DNA of 64,000 nucleotides from IMG/VR virus record IMGVR_UViG_3300033076_001139, positions 87,106 through 151,105 of that record; one strand, given 5' to 3'. The stretch's first letter is position 1, and every line of letters starts with the position of its first letter. Below the pieces are notes generated by a model. That model did no database searches. It was not told the origin of the DNA and saw nothing but the letters and a program-made list of their open reading frames with translations. Source of the stretch: a virus. Its lineage: Duplodnaviria; Caudoviricetes. The position numbers were made by a program, and so were the translations under genes. Below, in pieces: positions 37,788 to 46,900 of the stretch.

Positions 37788-39937
37788 ACTTCTTCAGCGG
37801 CTCGGTAGACTCGGGCGACCGGTTTAATACCCGGAATCTACAAGCAAATGGGCAGCGGAGCTTTGGCGTCCGCTACCCTTCGCCATTCTTCGATGTCGCG
37901 CAGCAGTTCCTACCTGACAACGTCCACCAGCTCCTCACGTGGTGTAGGTTCTACTTCTTGTCGAACCCCATCATCAATGTGGCGTGCTCAAAGATGGCGG
38001 AGTACCCGGTTACTCCCATTATCTTTGACACGGATGACGCAGGTAAAAAGAAGCTCTACAAGGACTTAGAGGAGCAGCTCAACCTGCGCCAGTTCCAGGT
38101 CGAGGCTGGGCTGGACTACTTTGCTTACGGAAACGCATTTGTTTCCGTGTACTACCCGTTTGTTAAATACCTTGCTTGCCGTCACTGCAAGGAGCGGTAC
38201 CGCGCAGAGACAAACCGCTCCCTGTACAAATGGCGTAACAATCGCTTTTTCCTGAATTGTCCGGGCTGTCGCAAGGCAGACTACGCAGAAGAGCGGGATG
38301 TCTACATTCGTTCCGTCCGTGACATTCGCCTTGTGCGTTGGAACCCGGAAAATATCCAGATCAAGCACAACGAAGTTACCGGACAGAGCAGGTACTACTA
38401 CAAGCTTTCGCGCGCAATTATCAACGATATCACAATGGGAGATCCCGATACTATCGAGAAACTGCCCATCGAGTTCCTTGAGGCGGCGCGCAAGAATAAG
38501 GCACTGCGCTTCAGCACGGACAACTTCTTCCACCTGAAGCGGCCTACTCTGGCGCAGAAGGACCAGGGCTGGGGTTCCCCGCTTATCTATCCGCTCCTCA
38601 AGGACGCGTTCTACCTTCAGACATTGAAGAAGGCGCAGGAAAGCATCGCGATGGAGCATATCGTTCCACTGCGTATGATCTTCCCCGGGCCGTCCACCGG
38701 AGGAAACGACCAGCCGTACGGTTCGTACAACCTTACGAACTGGAAATCCAAGATTGAGACGGAACTCTCTATTTGGAAGCGCGACAATAACTACATCCCC
38801 ATCCTGCCTGTGAATATTGGTTTCCAGCAGTTTGGCGGAGATGCCCGCGCTCTCATGTTGCATCAGGAATTCCGCCTCGTCGCGGAACAGATGCTTGTTG
38901 GTGCGGGCATCCCGATTGAATTCGTATTCGGCGGACTGTCCTGGAGCGGCAGCAACACGTCGTTGCGCGCTCTTGAGAACATGTTCCTTGGGTACAACCG
39001 TGCCCGTCACCACATGGTGAACGAGTTCATCTTCGGCAACATCGCGGCATTCATGCGGTGGCCTACCGTCACTTGTCGCTTTGACCGCTTCAAGATGGCG
39101 GACGACCTTCAGCGGTCGATGTTCTACCTCCAGCTCAATCAGGCGCTCAAGATCTCCGACAAGCGTCTTCACGAGGAGCTGGGGGAGGACACAGATACAG
39201 AAGTACGCCGTATGCGCGACGAGATGAAAATCCAGCTCGATGTGCAGCGGAAGATGCAGGTTGCCACCGCGGATATCCAGGGCGAGGCTCAGCTTCGTTC
39301 CTCGCGTTACTCCATCAAGGCGCAGGAGCTTCAGGGCAAAGCGCAGATGGCACAGCAGCAGGAAATGGCCGCTATGCAGCAGCAACAGGCACAGGAGCAG
39401 GCCGCCGCACAGGGCGGACAGCCACAGTCCCCCCTTACGCCTGCACAGCGTGCGCCAAACGCGCAAACCCCAGAAGCTGCACAGCAAAACGAAGCTGCAC
39501 AGCAACAGCAGCCGCAGGAGCAGGCTCCCGAGCAGGAGCAGCCTGCGCAAGAGCAACCGCAAGAGCAAGCGCAGCAGACCGCAGGAATGCCCCAGGGCGC
39601 AACTGCGTACGATGAGAACGCGCAGACGCCCAACGGGGCACTTCCCGTTGCGATGGCCGGCATGACCTCGCCGCTAGCGGCAGGCGCGGGTGGGGTGGAT
39701 CTCCGCTACGTAGCTCAGCGCGCCAAGGCGTTCCTCGACACAATCGGAGAGGAGCAGGGTGAGGCGCAGAAGCAGCAAGAGCTGATGAAGATGCGTGTAG
39801 AGAATCCCGCGCTGTACCAACTAGTCATACAGCTAATGAATGAGACCGCAGGGTCTCAAGTAAATCCCCTCAACGCCATGAAGGCGCCAGTGCCCGCTGG
39901 TGGAACCCAGCGGGCAGCTGGACGTCAGATTGGCTAA
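37784..39937 (+). CDS. Portal protein (with zinc-finger insertion and Gln-rich C-terminal extension)
   Basis: 'NPIINVACSKMAEYP', 'DYFAYGNAFV', 'FFHLK.......WGSPLI' and 'QMLVGAGIP' follow HK97-like portal motifs. CRHC...CPGC insertion. Confidence 0.7.
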   Translation: MNFFSGSVDSGDRFNTRNLQANGQRSFGVRYPSPFFDVAQQFLPDNVHQLLTWCRFYFLSNPIINVACSKMAEYPVTPIIFDTDDAGKKKLYKDLEEQLNLRQFQVEAGLDYFAYGNAFVSVYYPFVKYLACRHCKERYRAETNRSLYKWRNNRFFLNCPGCRKADYAEERDVYIRSVRDIRLVRWNPENIQIKHNEVTGQSRYYYKLSRAIINDITMGDPDTIEKLPIEFLEAARKNKALRFSTDNFFHLKRPTLAQKDQGWGSPLIYPLLKDAFYLQTLKKAQESIAMEHIVPLRMIFPGPSTGGNDQPYGSYNLTNWKSKIETELSIWKRDNNYIPILPVNIGFQQFGGDARALMLHQEFRLVAEQMLVGAGIPIEFVFGGLSWSGSNTSLRALENMFLGYNRARHHMVNEFIFGNIAAFMRWPTVTCRFDRFKMADDLQRSMFYLQLNQALKISDKRLHEELGEDTDTEVRRMRDEMKIQLDVQRKMQVATADIQGEAQLRSSRYSIKAQELQGKAQMAQQQEMAAMQQQQAQEQAAAQGGQPQSPLTPAQRAPNAQTPEAAQQNEAAQQQQPQEQAPEQEQPAQEQPQEQAQQTAGMPQGATAYDENAQTPNGALPVAMAGMTSPLAAGAGGVDLRYVAQRAKAFLDTIGEEQGEAQKQQELMKMRVENPALYQLVIQLMNETAGSQVNPLNAMKAPVPAGGTQRAAGRQIG
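39350..39580 (+). repeat. Gln/Ala/Glu/Pro low-complexity region
   Basis: QQQ.AQEQ / EQ.PQEQ repeats. Direct repeat GAAGCTGCACAGCAA at 39473 and 39491. Confidence 0.7.
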
Positions 39938-40518
39938 CCGGCCTGCCTCCTCGGAAAGAAGCAGGAGTCGGCGTGCGCAAAGAAGCAGTTGGTGTGGAAC
40001 AACCGCTCGTCATCTCCGTGGGGAAAGGTAACCGGGGCCAGAAATAGGCCCCCATGCCTTTTGCTCACGGCCACTCTGTGCGGGGTCAGAGATATGACAC
40101 CCTCCTCAAACTGAAACGGGTTGTCGCACCACGCGCACTTCCCGTTCATCTTTGAGGAATGGTCCATCAGGTTTGTGCCTACCGCGGCGTGCAGGCACCA
40201 GCGGTGCATCAGCATCTCGTGCGAGCCATTCTCCAGTTGGCTCTCCACTAGGCACAGGTTTAGGGTCCTTACCCCAATCCCCATCTCGAACGCTGCTATA
40301 TTTACGGCATCTTCCTCAAGGTAGATTGCCGTAGCGCACCAGTCGCAGCGATAGTCTAGTTCTTCCAGAGACTGAGTACCGGGCTCTCCTCCCCGCATTT
40401 TGTGCATGCTCCGTCGGTGTAGTAGGACAAGGTTGCCTCGTTTTTTGCACAAGTCGAACAAAGCCAGCCCTGCCCTTCGGGCGTGAACTGGCAGTTGCCA
40501 CAGTCTGGGTTGCCACAA
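39934..40518 (-). CDS. Cys/His-rich protein with two tandem C..C-(x)n-H..C zinc sites (start uncertain, likely near 40397)
   Basis: CDWC...HRWC and CAWC...HTNC. Confidence 0.6.
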   Translation of the reverse strand: MWQPRLWQLPVHARRAGLALFDLCKKRGNLVLLHRRSMHKMRGGEPGTQSLEELDYRCDWCATAIYLEEDAVNIAAFEMGIGVRTLNLCLVESQLENGSHEMLMHRWCLHAAVGTNLMDHSSKMNGKCAWCDNPFQFEEGVISLTPHRVAVSKRHGGLFLAPVTFPHGDDERLFHTNCFFAHADSCFFPRRQAG

Positions 40519-40670
40519 AGACCACGGTCAGTGTGCTCAAACAACATCGGGCAGAACGCTAGGCGCCCGCCCTCCGTTGTTCCTGCTTCCGAACTGGGGA
40601 TCTCTGCCGCAGGGAGAAGCCCGCCTGTCCCCTCTTTCATCAGGCGGGCAAGCGGGCTCCGCTTTACCAT
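40356..40670 (-). CDS. Cys-rich zinc-binding protein
   Basis: CGNPDC, CSTC and CTKC motifs. Confidence 0.6.
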   Translation of the reverse strand: MVKRSPLARLMKEGTGGLLPAAEIPSSEAGTTEGGRLAFCPMLFEHTDRGLCGNPDCGNCQFTPEGQGWLCSTCAKNEATLSYYTDGACTKCGEESPVLSLWKN

Positions 40671-40756
40671 GCGTCGTCGGCCATTAGTTGTGGTAGGGTG
40701 TCGACATAGAACTGGAAGAACCCCACGAGGAATGAGAAGAAAAACAGCGAGAGCAT
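40664..40756 (-). CDS. 30-aa hydrophobic peptide (not in ORF track)
   Basis: MLSLFFFSFLVGFFQFYVDTLPQLMADDAW*. SD GGAGG upstream, and the stop overlaps the next start (ATGGTAA). Confidence 0.5.
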   Translation of the reverse strand: MLSLFFFSFLVGFFQFYVDTLPQLMADDAW

Positions 40757-40757
40757 C

Positions 40758-40874
40758 CTAGCTGTCCTCCCCAGAGGGTGAGCTGTCGTCAGTGTCCCAG
40801 CCGGCTACCGCGTCGTCACACATGTCGGCAAAGTCTTCAAGGCTGTTGTAGTCATCGTCGTTATCTTCGGCCAC
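40758..40874 (-). CDS. 38-aa highly acidic peptide (not in ORF track)
   Basis: MAEDNDDDYNSLEDFADMCDDAVAGWDTDDSSPSGEDS*. GTG start with AGGA upstream. First ORF after the GGTCATAAG motif. Confidence 0.5.
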   Translation of the reverse strand: MAEDNDDDYNSLEDFADMCDDAVAGWDTDDSSPSGEDS

Positions 40875-40914
40875 GTGTTCCTATGCACTACGGCGTTATG
40901 CCGCGTGCAGTTAT

Positions 40915-40923
40915 CTTATGACC
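40915..40923 (-). promoter_or_regulatory. Candidate phage promoter GGTCATAAG
   Basis: Identical to 56070-56078. Followed on the minus strand by a hairpin (40884-40909). Confidence 0.55.
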
Positions 40924-40933
40924 TCCAACGGGT

Positions 40934-40939
40934 TACGAT
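40934..40939 (+). promoter_or_regulatory. Putative -10 element TACGAT, leaderless promoter of the RNAP gene
   Basis: Exactly 6 nt before ATG 40946, with no SD. Confidence 0.55.
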
Positions 40940-40945
40940 TTCGCC

Positions 40946-43900
40946 ATGCCTGAACTAAATCCAGAGTCCGCATTCGACGAAGTTAAGACTCGCGCAGCTG
41001 CCGCGATCCGTGCTCAGTTCCCGATGGCGGGCACAAAGCACCGGCTGGAGCTGGAGAACCTTGAGGTCGAGGACAACCTGCACCTGGACGACATCCAGTC
41101 GCAGTACCAAAAGCGGGTAGAGGGCGGAACGTGGGCGGTTCCCGTCAAGGCAACGTTCCGTCTCGTAGATATTGCTACGGGCAAGAAGCTAGATGAGGGC
41201 GTAATCACGGTTGCCCGCATCCCCAAGATTACGCGCCGCTACAGCTACATTGTTGACGGGCACGAGAGGCAGCACGACAGCGTGTTCCTACTCAAGCCCG
41301 GCGTGTACCACCGCGTTGCGGACAACGGAGAGATCCAGTCCAAGTGGGCTTTCCAGGGTAAGCGCGGCTTTGACCTGAATATTGATCGCGCAACTGGCCG
41401 CGTAAACATGAGTATCGGCACCGCTACCGTGCCTATCTACTCGGTGCTGAAGTCCCTCAATATGCCGGATGCGGATATTGAGAAGGCGCTCGGAAAGGCC
41501 GTCTTTGACGCCAACAAGGCCAAGACCAAGCCCGAGGATCTGCTAAAGATCCCCAAGACATTTGCGAAGACTAACGACGAAAAAAAGAAGCTCGTCGGCA
41601 TGACCCCGGCCGATGCCTCGGCCTACGTGGCTAAGCTCTTTACGGACATGAAGACGACGCGCCCAGACGGTGACCAGCACAACACGCTGGGCCTGGAGTT
41701 TGGTCACGTCACCGCTCCCGCTCTCCTAGCGTCTGCAAAACGCATCTTGGATATCTCTCGCGCACACGCAGAGCCTGACGACCGACAGACGCTGGCAGCA
41801 AAAGACATCACAAGTACGCCGGATTTCGTGGAGCGGTTTATTACCCGCGCTCAGCGCGACTCTACGCGCAAGATTACGGCCGTCATTGACCGCGCCTCAA
41901 AGCTTTCCGAGCTTCCGATTCGTGATCTTTACACCGGAACGATTGCAAATACCTTCCGTGCCGCGCAACTACCTGAGCAGACCAACCCGCTCCAGTTCCT
42001 ATCGGGGCATCTGCGCACTACGATCCTCGGTGCCGACTTTGGCGGTATCAAGGGCGGTGAGACGATCAAGACAGAGGACAAGCTCATCAATGCGTCGCAC
42101 CTTGGGTTCCTTGACCCAATTCAGACGCCAGAGAGTGACTCTACTGGTATCTCCCTTAACCTCCCAATTGGTGCGCGTAAGAAGGGCAAGGTCCTTGTTA
42201 CTCGTGTCTGGGACGTAAAGAAGGGGTCGTTCGTAGAAGCTACACCGGGGATGCTGGAGCGCGCAGTCGTCGCGTATCCCGACCAGGTATCGTGGAAAAA
42301 CGGCAAGCCTACGCCTAACGGCACGACTGTCACTGTATTCGACGCAGACCGCCGCACAGCCCAGCGGGCATGGTCAGACGTGCAGTACGTACTGCCTTCC
42401 TCAAAGGGCTTGTTCTCGTTTGCGGCCAATCTGGTTCCGTTTCTATCTACGAACTCTGGCGGCCGTGCCATGTTCGCAGCTAAGCAGATGGAGCAGGCAA
42501 TCTCCCTCAAGGACCGAGAGGCTCCCCTAGTTCAGACGAAGACGGATGCTGATTACACGTTTGATGAGTTGGTTGGGACGTTTGGGTCGCACACCGCCCC
42601 CACTAGCGGGACCGTCGCAAAGGTAGACAGCAGCCACGTGCACATCAAGGGCGACGATGGCAAGGTCAAAAAGGTAGCCCTGTACGACCACTTCCCGCTG
42701 AACGGCGGCAAGACCATGCTGCACTCCGACACGTTGGTGAAGGCGGGCGACAAGGTAAAGAAGGGCCAGACCATCGCGGACACAAACTACACGCGAGGCG
42801 GCAAGCTAGCTCTTGGCACGAATATGCGCGTCGGGTACATGACGTACCACGGGCGTACGTTTGAGGACTCCATCGTAGTCTCCGAGAGCGCCGCAAAGAA
42901 GCTCACGTCTACTCACCTACACGAGATGGCTACCGAGCTGTTTGCGGGCATGCAGACGGACAAGAAACGCTGGATTTCCTACTCAACGCCCGACAAGGCA
43001 ACGGCCGCCCGAGTGAACAAACTCGGCGACGATGGCGTGATCAAGGAAGGGCAGCGTGTTGAGCACGGCGATGTACTTATTGCAGTTGTTGCGCCTGCTC
43101 GTGTTGATCCTCGAGATGAGGCGCGGACGATCGCACGATCCCTTGCCACGCCGTACGACACCCGAGGAAGTGTATATTGGGAGCACGATTACCCCGGGGT
43201 AGTCGCCAAGGTCTCCCGATCTGGGAAGTCCGTAAAGGTTTTCGTGCGTACCGAGGAGCCCTCTACAATCGGCGACAAGCTCACTGGTCGCTACGGCAAC
43301 AAGGGCATTATCGGTACGATCCTTCCTGACCACGAAATGCCGCACGACAAGGAAGGCAAGCCGCTTGAGGTAATCCTCGGGCCGGCGGGCGTTCCTAGCC
43401 GTATGAATATTGGTCAGCTGCTTGAGACGGCGGCATCCAAGATTGCGCGTAAGACTGGCAAGCCGTACGTCGTCGACAATTTCTCGCCCGGCGTTGACTA
43501 CACACAAAAGGTGATGGACGAGCTGAAGCAGCACAATCTGTCCGATACAGAAGAGCTGTTTGACCCGAAGACCAAGCGCAGTCTGGGAAAGATTCTCACA
43601 GGGGATCAATACCTACTGAAGCTGCACCACCAGGTTGATAAGAAGATGACTGCGCGCTCACACGGAGGTGCGTATGATTCTAACGGTGAGCCTCCTGGTG
43701 GCTCTGGTATTCCCGGCGGTGGTCAGACGCTTGACCAGCTTACGACGTACGCTCTTCTTGCCCACGGGGCGTCCAATATCCTTCGTGAGGCCCAGACATG
43801 GAAGTCTGACCAGACTCAGTCGGATGTCTGGGTAGCCCTCCAGCAAAATCGTCCGTTGCCCGACCCCAAGCCAAACAAGAGCATGGGGAAGTTCATCAAC

Positions 43901-46900
43901 TACATGCGCGCGATGGGTATGCACATGGAGAAGAAGGGGGACAAATACGTCCTTCAGCCTCTCACAGATGAGCAGACCCTAAAATTCAGTACGGGCAAGC
44001 TGGCCGCCCCATCAAAACTGACCACAATTAAGGGCGACCTCAAGCAAGTTACTGCGCGCACTATTGAGGACAAGGGTGGCCTCTTCGACAAGAAGTTGAC
44101 GGGCGGTCTCCAGGGCAACTTCTGGACGCACATCGACCTGCACCACAGGCTCCCCAACCCAGTATTTGAGCGGGCTATTCAGTCACTCACTGGCATTGAT
44201 GAGAAGACCTACGACAAGCTCGTGTCGGCCGAAGGAAACGAGGGCGGCAAACTTGGTACTGAGGTAATTGTCGACGCCCTCAAGAAAATTGACGTAGACA
44301 AGGAACTGAAAGACCTTCAGGCGCAGCTGCCAAAATTAAAAGCCGCTCCGCTGGATCGGGCGTATCGCCGTATCCGCTACCTACAGGCCCTCAAGAAGAC
44401 AAACATCAAGCCTGTAGACGCGTACACCATGAACCATTTACCGGTTCTGCCGCCTACGATGCGTCCGCTCATGGTAAATCCCGACGGCACGCAGACGGTC
44501 GATGACCTCAACTTGCTCTACCAAAATGTCGGCATCCTGAATGAGTCTCTCCGCAAGAATGTGGCAGAGGGAGTTGGCAAGGCTGCGCAGCAAAAGCAGG
44601 TTGCAGACCTCTACGACTCCGTAAAGGCGCTTCGCGTCGGCGGCATGGACATCCAGCAGAAGTCCTCCAAGGCCCGACACTACCGCGGTCTCATGGAGCT
44701 GATGGAAGGGACCAAGGGTTCATACTTCCAAAGTTCTGTTGTTTACCGCCGGCAAGATCTATCTGGGCGTTCAACGATTATTACCGCACCAGAGCTTGGA
44801 CTAGACGAGGCGGGTATCCCGCTGCCCATCGCGTTCGAGATGTACAAGCCGTTCGTCGTGAAGGAATTGCATGCTCGCCACAACTACCTTCCACACGAAG
44901 CTAAGAAGATGGTGGACGAAAAGCACCCATTTGCCGTGGAAGTGCTTCATCGTGTTGTTGCTGATCGTCCTGTTCTTCTGAAGCGCGACCCGTCGCTCCA
45001 CAAGTTCTCAATCCTTGCGTTTACTCCGCGCATCACCGAGGGCAAAGCTATCGGCCTGCACCCGCTTGTGACTACTGGATTCAACGCAGACCACGACGGC
45101 GATACGATGGCCCTCTACGTCCCACTCGGAAACGAGGCTGTAGAGGACGCAAAGAAGATGATGCCCTCGAACAATCTGTTCTCTCCCACCTCGGGGCAGA
45201 TCATGGCGATGCCCGAGAAGGATCTACTGATTGGTCTGTTCCAGGCAACCAAGTGGGGAGACAAAGCCTCCGTTAAAATCGCGTCTGCGGAAGAAGCCTA
45301 CAAGCTGTGGACGGACGGCAAAGTACACGAAGACCAGACGTTCAACCTGAACGGCCGAGAAACAACCGTAGGGCGCGCCATCATCGCGCACTTCCTACCT
45401 ACGGATATGCAGAATGACGACAAGCTCCTGCATGACAAGTCGTACCGCTTTGACAAGGGAACCCTACAAACCCTTCTCACAAAAGTCGCCAAGGAGCACA
45501 AGCAGGACTACGCACGCGTTGTGAAGTCCCTTCAGGACTTCAGCGTGAAGGCAGCCTACTTCAACGGCAGCTCGTTCTCACTTCACGACTTCCATGATGC
45601 TGTGAAACTGCGCGACGACATCCTTGGCAAGTACGAGGCAGAGGAAAAGAAAATCCGCGCCTCTAAGATCTCGGATGCCGAGAAGGATCAGAAGATCATC
45701 CAGCTCTACGCTGGTGCCGTAGATGAGATCAAGAAGAAGGGTGAGGCTGCATATGGGGGCAGCAAGAACAAGATGTACGAGTGGGTAGCGGCGAAGGCGC
45801 GCGGAAACTGGGAACAGTTCCGGCAAATGACGTTCGGACCCATTCTTGTTGCCGACGCCAAGAACCGCCCGATCCCAATCCCCATCAACAAGTCGTACGC
45901 GGAAGGTCTGACAACCTCCCAGTACTGGACCTCGATGCACGGCGCACGTAAAGGTGCAATTGACCGAGCAGCAGGAACTGCCGAGCCCGGCGCAATGTCG
46001 AAGATCATCATTAACACTGTGATCGACCATCAGATCACGGGTGAGGATTGTCACACGACAAAGGGCGTGGCCCTCTCGATTGACGATCGCGACGTGCATG
46101 ACCGCTACCTTGCACAGCCGGTGCACGTCTCAGGCGGCAAGGACGTTCCCGCAAATACCCTCCTGACCTCGCAGGTAGTGCAGCAGTTGCGGGCCGCCAA
46201 GGTGGCGCAGGTTGTTGTGCGCTCTCCGCTCTACTGCCAGATGCCGAAAGGCACCTGTGCAAAATGCTACGGGCTTAATGAGAACGGTAAGCACTACAAC
46301 GTGGGTACGAACGTTGGCGTCATCGCGGGTCATACCCTTGGCGAGCCCATGACGCAGATGGCGATGAAAACGTTTCACACAGGCGGTACCGTCTCCTCTT
46401 CAAAGGGCGGCGGGGAGTACTCGGCCGACGCCTTCGAGCGTGTGAAGCAGATCTTTAATGTCCCGGCGATTCTACCAGGAGCGGCAACAATCTCCTCAAT
46501 TGGCGGGAAGATCACCAAGATCGAAGAAGATAAGGCGCGCGGCGGCCACCGAGTATTTGTGAACGACAAGGAGCACCGCGTTCTCGCGGATCGTCATCTT
46601 CTCGATACGACCAAGGTGGGGACGGAAGTCAAGGCGGGTCAGCCGCTATCACACGGCGCGATTAACCCCCACGACCTGCTCGATGCCACGGGCAATATCC
46701 ACGTTGTTCGCAATTACCTGACAAATGAAGCGTTGTCTGCGTACGCAAACTCCGGCGCAAAGCTACGGCGGCGTAACGTAGAAACAGTCGTAAAGTCGAT
46801 GACAAACGTTGTCCGCATCGAAAATGCGCCGGATCACCACGAATACATTCGTGGACAGCTTGCGCCGTTTGACCAGGTGGAGCACCTAAATCGCGAGGCA

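Noticed and set aside
38066-39568. 500-aa minus-strand ORF with a poly-Leu N-terminus resembling a signal peptide
   Set aside because: Reverse complement of the CAG-rich portal tail, so an artefact.
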